Source: Octopus sinensis (taxonomy: Eukaryota). Taken from it: 64,000 bases of DNA. The position numbers were made by a program, and so were the translations under genes. The notes below the pieces were generated by a model. That model ran no database searches and was not told the origin of the DNA. It saw only the letters and a list, made by a program, of their open reading frames with translations. The stretch spans positions 45,384,001 to 45,448,000 of the forward strand of contig NC_043007.1 in NCBI RefSeq assembly GCF_006345805.1. Reading direction: 5' to 3'. The first letter of the stretch is position 1; every line of letters begins with the position of its first letter. This document shows positions 12,968 through 25,744 of this stretch, piece by piece.

Positions 12968-13491
12968 CCAGACATATCTACATACATAAATATATACATA
13001 GATATACATACGTTGTGAATTATTTCTACACACAGACACACAACAACGCGCAAACGCACTGGCATATCTATATACATAAGCACATAAGTAACAAATGTGT
13101 ACGTATCTGTAACTCCATGTAATTCCATAACAACATAAACGCATGCATATATATTCTCAAATATCTATCCATTATTCTTTTACACTTAGTCGAGTTCTAA
13201 AATAGTGAGAACACTGTTATTTGTAGACATCTATCCATCTATTGCATTAGGTTTCCAGAAATAGATAAACGTACATAAACGAAAAGAATATAATTTCAGT
13301 TCATATTGGCGAGATATTTAATTACTGATAGTTCACACCGACTCAACAGGTAGTCTGTGTGAATTAAACAAATGGGAAGACGTTATATATAGCGCATAAT
13401 GTAAAAGAGGAACAATCACCAGAAATTACCTCGCAATAAATATACCACACGCACACAGGGACGTAAATATGAACACTTGTTGTTAGGCGTC

Positions 13492-13573
<82 letters not shown>

Positions 13574-14250
13574 TTTACATACATACATATATATATATGC
13601 AAATATTTTCGAATAGAAGTATGTCAGTACCATATTTTTTTAATGCTTTGGGTGTGGATCTATAATAAGTTGAACGCCATTTCGCAGCGGTGTTCTCCGT
13701 GTAGTGTTCTATTTTACACAAGTCACATTGGTCCATGCTGCCAAAATCAACATTGTAATATCAAAAAATCATACAGAGAGCATGTTTCATTAATATCTCT
13801 ACATACGTGTGGATATTTGAATGTAGGTTTTTATATATATATATATTCAAATAAGTATTCGTTTTTCATGTTTAGTTATATACAAAGGCAGTCAAACGTT
13901 ATATTGAAAGATCACGAACACTCCTTCGGTAGGGTATCCTATATATTTTATTATACAAGGAAAATGTTGGCAAGTTACATAGATGTTTCGTTGTAGCAGT
14001 CTTCAACTTATATTCTGTTAAAATTAACTAAGGAGCGAGTTCGAACTGTCAACGTTTACTTTTAAAGATTATTGTATTGGGTTTTTCTCTCTCTCTCTCT
14101 CTGTATCACCCCTTTTTTTTACTTTCCTCGTTCTTTCCTTTTACAATCCCTTTTGATCGAAATCCAAACCCCCTTTTTTATCCCCCAAAAGCAAAGATCT
14201 ACCTTGTAATTTGTCCCGTCTGTGTGCAGCCCTGTGTGGCTAATAAAGAA

Positions 14251-14310
<60 letters not shown>

Positions 14311-14456
14311 TTATTTATATATAGAGGGCATTATACATGCCAGAGAGCATTATACATACATGCCACACGCTAAGAGGGACAATTAGTCATTTCTACCAAA
14401 AAATATTACTAATCCCACCGAATGCAATTTTTCAAAATAAGACATTTAAAAAATAT

Positions 14457-14504
14457 AGACCTGTATCACAGTGATTTCATACTTACGTATTCATCAGCAG
14501 GCCT
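14457..14504 (-). ncRNA. Minimal type I hammerhead ribozyme
   Basis: Exact reverse complement of 14829-14876. Confidence 0.8.
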
Positions 14505-14828
14505 GAATGTATCATAAATAAACGACCCTGCCCCGCTTAAGCCGATCAGCTAACTGATCAACATCAACGAAGCACATGGGTGAGTTTACATATATTACAT
14601 CCTGTAAATGGCATACTTTTACGAATTGCATTTCGGGAGAGGAAAAGTTTTTTCGGAATAAAAATTTAGCAATTAAGGACAACTACTTAATAAGGAAAAC
14701 TTAACAAGAAATTGTCAGGTAGATAGCGTGAAAACCTCATAAGAGAATAAATTTCGAAAATAATTATTTCTTATTGAACATATCTGATCGGCTTAAGCGG
14801 GGCAGGGTCGTTTATTTATGATATATTC

Positions 14829-14876
14829 AGGCCTGCTGATGAATACGTAAGTATGAAATCACTGTGATACAGGTCT
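14829..14876 (+). ncRNA. Minimal type I hammerhead ribozyme
   Basis: AGGCCTG (stem I) CTGATGA ATAC-GTAA-GTAT (stem II) GAAA TCAC-T-GTGA (stem III, 1-nt loop) TA CAGGTCT. All core nucleotides are canonical; predicted cut after A14869 (AUA). Confidence 0.8.
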
Positions 14877-15140
14877 ATATTTTTTTAATGTCTTATTTTG
14901 AAAAATTGCATTCGGTGGGATTAGTAATATTTTTTGGTAGAAATGACTAATTGTCCCTCTTAGCGTGTGGCATGTATGTATAATGCTCTCTGGCATGTAT
15001 GTATAATGCCCTCTATATATAAATTAATATGTTCAATAAGAAATAATTATTTTCGAAATTTATTCTCTTATGAGGTTTTCACGCTATCTACCTGACAATT
15101 TCTTGTTAAGTTTTCCTTATTAAGTAGTTGTCCTTAATTG

Positions 15141-15204
<64 letters not shown>

Positions 15205-16020
15205 GTGTATATATAAGGCACGGCAAGTGTGTCTATATAACTAAACACATTCACACACACACATACATACATATATATACATACATGCACACATTTATAC
15301 ATGCATGTATGAATACACGCAAATGTGTATGTACACATATAGATGTATAACTGGCTGAGAATGCAAAAGTATATACTACTTTTTGGAAGTTAACGAGCGC
15401 TCGCCTTGAAAACTTGACTATAATTACCTTTCAAATATACATATACTACATATCGGAAACATGGACATCTAGACTAAGTGTATAATTCATATCCTATTCA
15501 TATATAAACATTTACATACAATTAATTACTACTCATCTGCGTTTGATATACCCATCAACACGGGTTCTCCAAGAACACACATGTCAACAACAATGTTCTT
15601 GAAAACAGACATTCACAAATATTTGAAGTATACACACAGCTCTATCTCCCTTCCCTCCCTTTTTTTCTTTGGCATTCCAACACATTTTTCTTTTCAATTT
15701 TGCTTGCCTCCAGTATATAGCCTTCTCGTAAACGCACGTAGATATTTCGTTACTGGTTTGTGTTTTTTTTTTTTTTACTTTCAATTATGTTTTCTAATTT
15801 TACTTCTTGGTTGTGTCTCTGTTGCCAATGAAGGTGAAATAAGTCCCAAAAACCATACACTTTCATTCTTCAAGCATCAAGCGGCAATTGTTTTCTATCG
15901 TGTACTTCATTCTCAATCATCTGGAATATTTAAATATTTTATTTCTTTACGCTGCTGCATTTAGATTACCAATTCCGGCTCTTTTACATTAGAATTTTAC
16001 ATCGATTTTATTGCCATCGT

Positions 16021-16057
<37 letters not shown>

Positions 16058-16111
16058 ATATCCTCTCTCTTTGTCTTTCTCGCTTTGTATGTATGTATAT
16101 ATATATATATA

Positions 16112-16114
16112 TAT

Positions 16115-16165
<51 letters not shown>

Positions 16166-17183
16166 AATGCATGTGCATACTTGTGTGTATATTTGTTGTT
16201 TTTGTTTTGTTTTTCCAGTTTCAGCTCTTGAGCTGTGGCCATGCTGGGGCACCGCCATTGTGGTGAAAGAGTACAGCAGGAATCACCACCCCCTGCCGGA
16301 GCCTCGTAGAGCTTTTTAGGTGTTTTCGCTCAATAAACACACACACAACGCCCAGTCTGAGAATCGAAACCGCGATCCTGCGACCGCGAGTCCGCTGCCC
16401 TAACCACTAGCCATTGCGCCTTATATATATATATATATATATAATATATATATATACATGTATATTATTTGCAAATGTGCGTATACATATATCTGCATGT
16501 ATATATACAAATGACACATAAACATGCGCATATAAGTATATGCACGTAGTTGCTAATAACACAAATTTTTCTGGGAACTAATGTTTGCACGCCACTTATA
16601 TATCAAGCCTTAAATGTGACTATATATTTGAACTGCCTGTGATCGATGTTCTTATAGTCCTGGATGAGAGAAAATTTATTTCACCTTCATACAATCTTTC
16701 AAATAAATAATGGAAAATGTAATGTAAAGTCTATCAGCAAAATTGTTAGTAATAGCATGGCGGCACTGTCCTAGGAACTTATCCTGAAAATTTCTATAAC
16801 AGCTTTACTAGTCTTTATTAGTTTTTATTAGTCCGGCGATATCGATAATCTTTTCGCTGGCTAGAAACCAATGATGATGCGAAATCAATGGTGAACACTC
16901 GCTTTGCATATACACGTCTTTGTATAAATGTTAAACATTTATAGTATGCAGAACAGTAGCTCTAATACTCCGTAGTTATTAGATGTGCTATGAGTATAAA
17001 CAGGTTGGCTTCTTATTTCACTGGAATTGTTCAGGTGATGTAGACGCACCTGATGAGATCTTAATAAGTATCGAAAATCGGATGTCTGTTACTTAACTTT
17101 TCTAAGCCTACGGGAAATACTTAAAATTGACGTTTGCATGACTACTACAAAAGCTTAGGCACACAAACACACACACACACATA

Positions 17184-17214
<31 letters not shown>

Positions 17215-17279
17215 CACACACACATACACATACAAATATATACGCATAACAACACACACATGCACACACACACACACAC

Positions 17280-17336
<57 letters not shown>

Positions 17337-17646
17337 TATATACATATACACACACACACACACCACACACACACATATATATATATATATAAATGCATGT
17401 GCATACTTGTGTGTATATTTGTTGTTTTTGTTTTGTTTTTCCAGTTTCAGCTCTTGAGCTGTGGCCATGCTGGGGCACCGCCATTGTGGTGAAAGAGTAC
17501 AGCAGGAATCACCACCCCCTGCCGGAGCCTCGTAGAGCTTTTTAGGTGTTTTCGCTCAATAAACACACACAACGCCCAGTCTGAGAATCGAAACCGCGAT
17601 CCTGCGACCGCGAGTCCGCTGCCCTAACCACTAGGCCATTGCGCCT

Positions 17647-17678
<32 letters not shown>

Positions 17679-18470
17679 CATGTATATTATTTGCAAATGT
17701 GCGTATACATATATCTGCATGTATATATACAAATGACACATAAACATGCGCATATAAGTATATGCACGTAGTTGCTAATAACACAAATTTTTCTGGGAAC
17801 TAATGTTTGCACGCCACTTATATATCAAGCCTTAAATGTGACTATATATTTGAACTGCCTGTGATCGATGTTCTTATAGTCCTGGATGAGAGAAAATTTA
17901 TTTCACCTTCATACAATCTTTCAAATAAATAATGGAAAATGTAATGTAAAGTCTATCAGCAAAATTGTTAGTAATAGCATGGCGGCACTGTCCTAGGAAC
18001 TTATCCTGAAAATTTCTATAACAGCTTTACTAGTCTTTATTAGTTTTTATTAGTCCGGCGATATCGATAATCTTTTCGCTGGCTAGAAACCAATGATGAT
18101 GCGAAATCAATGGTGAACACTCGCTTTGCATATACACGTCTTTGTATAAATGTTAAACATTTATAGTATGCAGAACAGTAGCTCTAATACTCCGTAGTTA
18201 TTAGATGTGCTATGAGTATAAACAGGTTGGCTTCTTATTTCACTGGAATTGTTCAGGTGATGTAGACGCACCTGATGAGATCTTAATAAGTATCGAAAAT
18301 CGGATGTCTGTTACTTAACTTTTCTAAGCCTACGGGAAATACTTAAAATTGACGTTTGCATGACTACTACAAAAGCTTAGGCACACAAACACACACACAC
18401 ACACACACACATACAAACACACACACACACACATACACATACAAATATATACGCATAACAACACACACAT

Positions 18471-18540
<70 letters not shown>
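16112..18540. repeat. Tandem duplication of an ~1.22-kb unit bounded by CA/TA microsatellites
   Basis: 16165 aligns with 17391 and 17050 with 18272; the differences I found are only microsatellite or single-base indels. Confidence 0.9.
17047..17089 (+). ncRNA. Degenerate hammerhead-like motif (second copy 18269-18311)
   Basis: CTGATGA-GAT CTTAATAAG T ATC-GAAA-ATC G GAT-G-TC; stem III appears to lack one C and stem I is only ~3 bp. Confidence 0.4.
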
Positions 18541-18563
<23 letters not shown>

Positions 18564-18650
18564 GTTAATCCAAACAAGAAACCACAAAAACACAAGAACG
18601 CGAGGACGTAGAACAAATATAGTATTATTGGACGCTCAGGAAAGAAGGAA

Positions 18651-18690
18651 GGTTTAACGTTTCGAGCGGAGCTTTTCGTCGGATTCATAG
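18651..18690 (-). ncRNA. Decayed hammerhead-like motif, same layout as 12775-12818
   Basis: Minus: CCGACGAA-AAGC-TCC-GCTC-GAAA-CG-TT; U4>C, stem II closing pair broken, stem I lost. Confidence 0.35.
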
Positions 18691-18784
18691 GAGAAGGAAA
18701 GATCCAGAGAAGGGAAGGCAGAAGAAAAAAAATCGCCACTATACATACATGTGTGTTTTTGTATATACATACATGAATATATAT

Positions 18785-18826
<42 letters not shown>

Positions 18827-18861
18827 TATATTCATATATATATATATATATATAATATATA

Positions 18862-18922
<61 letters not shown>

Positions 18923-18934
18923 TCCACACACACA

Positions 18935-18996
<62 letters not shown>

Positions 18997-18997
18997 G

Positions 18998-19105
<108 letters not shown>

Positions 19106-19418
19106 TACACATTTAATGCTTGTGTTTGTGTGTGAATGAAGAAATGATGGGATGTACAAAGGAATTTATTTGAAGGTTTTGCATTTTATAACTCTGACAT
19201 TAAAAATGGTTAACTGATAAAAGAAAAAAACCGCAACGCGTTCTCTTGAATCCAGCAGCCATCGCACTGCCAAATCTAAATCTATATTTATAGTACGAGC
19301 TATAAACAACATCTTATTAAAACACTTGTCTTCTTCTCTCTATTTTGGTTTCGTTGCAGCCTTCTTCGTATTTTAACTCATTAGATATCTTTCTCACTTC
19401 TTATTTGTCCCCCCTTAG

Positions 19419-20585
19419 TTTCACTATCTACTTTCTGTGTGTGTGTTTGTCTCTATATCTCTCTATATCTCTCTAATTTGTGTTGCAAGTAGCGTGAACT
19501 ACAATATCTGAATAGGAGCCAACCAGGAAACCCTCTATGAAGTCTTCACTCAACTGCCTAGACATAGCAGTTGAGTTCATCCTAAGTTAATCTCTTCAGT
19601 GTTAAATCATAAGAATGTTACGTTGACTTATAGCGACCCAGCTGTACAGAATTCCTGGAGCTCATTCTGAACTTATTTCTGCCTGATAAGAGCTAACCTG
19701 GGGCAGACTATTGAAAAAAAGAAGCAGACAATCTACTGGTTCATTTTTATGTTATGTAATTCAGATACAGTGTGGTCCACTTGAAAGAAAGAGAGAAAGA
19801 TAATGAGGGAGAGAGATAAAGTAAGAGATAGAGAAGGAGGAACGAAAGAGACAGAGAGGGTTGGTGTGTCGTATGAGTATGTTCATATAAAATGTTTCTG
19901 CACATATTGTGACGGCAGTAAATAAGATAATATATAATATTACAGATAATATATGATATTATATAACATTACAGTAATATTACAGATAATATATGAAAGT
20001 GCTTGGTTTAGTGGATAAGGTGAGAAATATTCAGCGCGGTTTAGATTACAGCGTCGTGTTCTTAAGCATCATTACACGTTGCTCCAGTCTACAGGTGTAA
20101 TTCAGTACCATCTTAGTACTGGTACAGACCCTCTCTCGCCTACCAGCCGATATAGACTAGATTTTTTAAATCGAGGGCCAAGAAGGAAATTTGTGTCTGT
20201 TAGCGACTACATACGCTCCTAAAACAATTAACAAAAGCCTGATATGAGGTAACATGGTACACTTGTTTGCGAATGACGCTGTATTGAAGGCAAATGTCAT
20301 TGATGTGACGACAATGTATTCCAAATCTGATACTTCAACTATCGTCGGAACTCAGAGGTGTGGCGAGGATTTGGACTGTAACGTGACATAATGGCCAATT
20401 TTATACGTATGCACTGCCGTAGTAATCTACAGGCTATTTTCACTATCTACTTTATCTGTGTGTGCTTGTCTCTATATCTCTCTATATCTCTCTAATTTGT
20501 GTTGCAAGTAGCGTGAACTACAATATCTGAATAGGAGCCAACCAGGAAACCCTCTATGAAGTCTTCACTCAACTGCCTAGACATA
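19419..20585 (+). repeat. 148-bp near-identical direct repeats (19419-19566 and 20438-20585)
   Basis: TTTCACTATCTACTTT..CAACTGCCTAGACATA occurs twice, differing only in the first ~35 nt; no TG..CA ends or TSD. Confidence 0.9.
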
Positions 20586-20869
20586 TTCGATTGGCTTCAT
20601 TGTTTTATTGACCTTGAAATGGTGAAATTCAAAATCGACATACAAGGGACTGGAACTCAAAGCGATGTGATCTGTCACTAAATACAATAATGCAACTTGC
20701 CCAACAATCAACTGGTTCTTTCGAATCATTGCTATAACAGTGTAGTCTTCACAAAATGTAGTTTTGTTTAATATATTTATCATATTTTTATTATCATTGC
20801 GTAACTGCGTTCAATGTTGCTTGTATCATTTATCTCTCCTCCTTCTCCTCTTTCTTCTTCTTATTATTG

Positions 20870-21428
20870 TAGGACGGATCCAGGTATCAGCCCAGTCCGT
20901 CGCAATGATCGCCCGCCACCTTACATTGGTCGGGAAGGAAAAGCAGTTTTCCTCTGATGGCTATGGCGAAGGAAGTAGTGTGATGGACAAGATTGAAAGC
21001 ACTGAAGACAGATACGTTCTCCTTCAGCTAAGCCCTCATCGACATTTTCAAGTCCCACCTGAAAAAGAAAGTGAGAATAAATACGGAAGTTCTGCCCCAA
21101 CAGTAAATTTCTTGAAAGATGGGTGAATGTGGCGAAGATTGCCCGTGTAAATGGACCTACTCTGAATTTTTGCTTTTAAACTGGAGGAGATTTAGAAGGA
21201 GAGAGGCGCCTGCTAAGGTGCATCTAGAGGTCGGGATAACCAGAATGTGTGAGGTTCCTCTTTGTCCGTGTGAGGAACTTCACACTTTTGAGAAATTTTA
21301 TTGTTTAGCTTGTTATTTAATTATTTTCATTACTTATTATATACACGGCATTGTTAAACACCTGCTTGTCCTTTGTATTTTATCATCCATATTTGTTTTG
21401 TGTTCGGCCCTTGTAGCCAATAAAAGAA

Positions 21429-21460
<32 letters not shown>
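20870..21460 (+). mobile_element. L1/Tx1-like LINE 3' end (5'-truncated)
   Basis: Frameshifted ORF2 C-terminus ..MAMAKEV.WTRLKALKTDTF..FKSHLKKKVR..RWVNVAKIARVNGPTL*, then 3' UTR, AATAAA and (ATT)n tail. Confidence 0.65.
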
Positions 21461-21462
<2 letters not shown>

Positions 21463-21719
21463 GAAAACTCACAGCTTATTTTGCTGGGTATGATGGAAAA
21501 TGTCGGCTGTCCACAACCTGCAGACTAAGGTGACATCCTGCGAAGAATTCTTGAAGTTCCAAGCAGTTCTGGTCCTCTGTATGGCTTGGCTTTCATATCT
21601 CTTGCAAACTGACTGTACATTTTTTCCTGTCATGCTTTTCCTTTTTTTTTTTGTTCATTTCTTTTTCACAATTTTCTTTCATTACACAATTTTCAGTTTT
21701 GATATGGTCGGCCTTCTTC

Positions 21720-21720
<1 letters not shown>
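21461..21720 (-). mobile_element. Internally deleted R4/Dong-like 3' end
   Basis: Minus: KMYSQFARDMK joined to LLGTSRILRRM*; the 3' UTR resembles 40712-40745; TAA arrays on both sides. Confidence 0.55.
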
Positions 21721-21784
<64 letters not shown>

Positions 21785-21789
21785 ATAAT

Positions 21790-21823
<34 letters not shown>

Positions 21824-21880
21824 TTAATAATAATAATAATATTAATAATATTAATAATAATAATAATAATAATAACAATG

Positions 21881-21921
<41 letters not shown>

Positions 21922-21932
21922 TATTATTATTA

Positions 21933-21963
<31 letters not shown>

Positions 21964-22532
21964 ATTATTATTATTATTATTATTATTACATTTGCTGTGG
22001 AGTATTACAGGATTACATTCGAACACACTACGAGAGTTTCGGTTATGATTGTTGCTTACACTCCATTGTTACCGTTTTATTTTCTAAATCTTTGTTCAAA
22101 TTTGTTAATAAGAACACCAGTAATCCCTTGGTCTGTGTTATGCGGTTGTGTTTATTCCGTAAGGGCAATATTTTGCCTTCATAAAACGCTCATCTAATTT
22201 TTAAAAAGCAGACACGTATACAAGACGGTGTCATAAACTGCCATCATAGGATCATCGAGGGAGAGAAACGTTCCTCCCGTCAGCTCTTCCTCAGACGAAT
22301 ATTTTCCTCCTCTTCCGTCATTCACTCCTCTAGAATTCTATGAATTGAAGGATGATAACGGCGCCCCCCACCTCCAACAACAACAATAAAAAGAATAACA
22401 ATCTGAATAGTGTCGGAGCACGAGAAGCATGTATCATCGCAGGAAAAATCAGCAGCAGCAACATCATATCGTCATTCACCACTCACTACAGCAAACACAG
22501 CAGCCTCACCACCGCTATTATAGGTAACTGTA

Positions 22533-22945
22533 GGCGGCGAGCTGGTAGAAACGTTAGCAAGCCGGGCGAAATGCCTAGCCGTATTTCGCCTGCCGCTACG
22601 TTGAGTTCAAATTCCGCCGAGGCCGACTTTGCCTTTCATCCTTTCGGGGTCGATTAAATAAGTACCAGTTGCGCACTGGGGTCGATATAATCGACTAAAT
22701 CTGGTTGTCTGTCCTTGTTTGTCCTCTCTGTGTTTAGCCCATTGTGGGTAATAAAGAAACATGTATTTCGTCTGCCGTTACGTTCTGAGTTCAAATTTCG
22801 CCGAGGTCGTCTTAGCCTTTCATCCTTTCGGAGTCGATAAATTAAGTACCAGTTACGCACTGAGGTCGATGTAATCGACTTAATACCTTTGTCTGTCCTT
22901 GTTTGTCCTCTCTATGTTTAGCCCCTTGTGGGTAATAAAGAAATA
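22533..22945 (+). mobile_element. Young SINE family A head-to-tail dimer inside a 15-bp TSD
   Basis: TSD TATTATAGGTAACTG at 22516-22530 and 22946-22960; the second monomer starts at GTATTTCG (22763). Confidence 0.92.
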
Positions 22946-24007
22946 TATTATAGGTAACTGCAAACCTACCAACATCAAAACGACAGCCACTATAACAACA
23001 AGCAGCGTTAAAACGAAAAGTAAGAACACGGTGACAACAAAAACAATGCCGAATAACATGGACAGCGACACCAGAAAAGAAAAAGAGCAAGGAGAAAGAA
23101 ACAACAGTGTCAACGTTAGGGGCCTTTGGCGATGTTGATTCCTGGGTAACTGTCACCTTCAATGCACAATATGGCAGAATTATGTTCTGCTGTTTGTAGA
23201 TAACCTGACCGCTACACATGGGAAGCAAAACCATCATGTAAACATTTCTGTGCAGAAAGTACAAATGCAGCCACAACAAATCACGGATATTGTCAGTTCT
23301 AGAGCAATAGCAGCCGAAACTCGTGAATCGGCAATTGAAACTTCATATCCTTTCTCCTAAGAGTGACCACGAGAACCTAGTCAACCCCTCATTCCCAACT
23401 ACAAACATCGAAGAAAGAGAAAACCACCGACAGCTATAACGACAGAATATAACACAAATCTCTCAGAATGTACTCACTCACTGCAGCAGCAGGTCATCGA
23501 CTTACGAGTATATCAAACAGAGGCTGACGGGTAAAAATGAAGCAACGTAGCAAAAAATGCTAAAAGTTGTGAAGTAGTATACACTTCCGGCCAAGAATGA
23601 ACTCTCACCATTGAGGAGAGTCGATATCCAATAAAGAAGAACAAATGGCTCATGTGAGAGATTAACAAAAGAAAGAAGTTTTAAAAACAATTATACAATA
23701 CACGCATGGAATATCCGAACGAATTTAGGATCGAGAATATAATGGGACCACATTTTAAACAGCATAAGCTCAACAGAATAACATTTCAAACCTCAAATAG
23801 ACTTTACGAAGTTTTATGTTTTAATTGACCATTAAATAAAACTCTTCACTTGTGCAATATAACAAAGGAATCTCCAACCTTCACGATACTATAACGAAAC
23901 ATACTGCCGCTGTTTATTGGGGAAGTAGGGTTTCCTGATCAACGCAAGGGGATGTTTTAGTTATTGGGTGTTTTATTAACATATTTTAAAAATCTGTTTC
24001 TGTGTAA

Positions 24008-24225
24008 GGCGGCGAGCTGGCAGAATTTGTTAGCACGCCGGGCTACAACGCTTAGCGCCATTTCGTCCATCTTCATGTTCTGGGTTCAAATTCCGCCAAT
24101 GCTTTGCCTTCCATCCTTTATGGGTCAATAGCATAAGTATTAGTTGAGCACTGGGATCAGTGTAATCAAAACGACCTACCCTCTTCCTCGATATTGCTGA
24201 CCTTGTGCCAAAATTTGAAAGCAAT
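24008..24225 (+). mobile_element. SINE family A, older subfamily
   Basis: GGCGGCGAGCTGGCAG head; ends ..GACCTTGTGCCAAAATTTGAAA. Confidence 0.8.
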
Positions 24226-24713
24226 ATTCGTTTCCATGTTAAATCTCTCTTTTATATATTTTTAAACCAGGCAGCCGCATATAGTATAACATCTTTCACC
24301 ACACTCCTTAACTGTGTATATCCTCTCCGTTCCTACCCACACATCTTTGTAGGTCCTATGTGAAACGTTACCTTGGATTTTGTTGTTTGTATGTCTTAGA
24401 GCTTTTGTAATTAAAATGTACAGATTATTTTATTATTATTGTTGTTGTTCCAATTACTTTGCTAGAAATCTACATTGCAAGTGTGACTTCCTAGCATTGC
24501 CTTGGATTCAAGCCAACAGTTAGAGCAATTCTTATTGTTGCTGTTGCTGCTACTGTTGATCATGTCGTCGACCATTCTGCTGCTAACGTTGTTTCAAACA
24601 ATTTTTGTGTTTTTATCGGCGTCATCATTCTGTCCTCCTCCTTCTCCTCCTCGTCGTCGTCGTCGTCTGTTTAGAGGAAAGGTGTACTCTGAATGGTATT
24701 TCACGTCGACAAG

Positions 24714-25060
24714 GCGGCGAGCTGGCAGAAACGTTAGCACGCCGTATTTCGTAGCCGTATTTCGTCTGCCGTAACGTTCTGAGTTCAAATTCCGCTGAGG
24801 TCGACTTTACCTTTCATCCTTTCAGGGTCGATAAATTAAGTACCAGCTACGCACTGGGGTCGATGTAATCGACTTAATCCGTTTGTCTGTCCTTGTTTGT
24901 CCCCTCTGTGTTTAGCCCCTTGTGGGTAGTAAAAAAATAGGTATTTCGTCTGCCGCTACTTTCTGAGTTCGAATTCCGTCGAGGTCGACTTTGCCTTTCA
25001 TCCTTTCGGGGTCGATTAAATAAGTACCAGTTACGCACTGGGTCGATATAATCGACTTAA
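24714..25060 (+). mobile_element. Young SINE family A dimer
   Basis: The first monomer ends GGGTAGTAAAAAAATAG; the second begins GTATTTCG at 24941. Confidence 0.88.
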
Positions 25061-25692
25061 TCAGTTTGAGAAATAAACTTTGAGAATGCGACAGGGAGAG
25101 AGCGTTGCATTTTAATCTAAGTACACTGAAGTAATGTGAAATATTGTACTTTGTATAAGCACACAATATGCTGCCTCGTCCGGGAATCGAACTCACGACA
25201 CTATGATTATATGATCAACATTAACTGTTATGCCATGCACCTGTGCACACATACCAGAAGGGATAATGACGACAATAACAATGTCTAACATAGACACGAA
25301 GCCATAGAGTTCCGAAGAAGTAGGTTTAGTTGTTTATATCGACTTTGTATTGGATTTGTTCTTAGTCTATCGATCCTGCAAGAATAACAGGCGAAGGCAC
25401 TACCCGAAGACATTTCGTCCTGTCTTTTGTCGTTTCACCGTTGTTAAAAGAGTAACAATCATAATAGGGGCATTCTTTTCCAGCCAGTAATATAAGCAAA
25501 AAAAGCCGGTTACAGCACAAAAGACCACCATAAATGCTTAGAGGTTTAGCGGCGTGAATCGAAATACTTCAAACCGGAAATGAAAATCACGTCGCAGACT
25601 TGGTTCAGCATCAGCTTCCTGATTTTTTTCACAGTATTAATAAACATAATAAACTATTCAAATTATGCATATAACATTAGTCACTGGAACTC

Positions 25693-25744
<52 letters not shown>

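Larger units (their letters stand above)
14313..15143. repeat. Interleaved inverted duplication A-X-B-A'-B' carrying two hammerheads
   Basis: A 14313-14549 vs A' 14784-15024 differ by 2 substitutions and one 4-bp indel; B 14667-14783 vs B' 15027-15143 are identical reverse complements. Confidence 0.92.

Noticed and set aside
19419-20585. TRIM/LTR retroelement
   Set aside because: No TG..CA, PBS, PPT or TSD.
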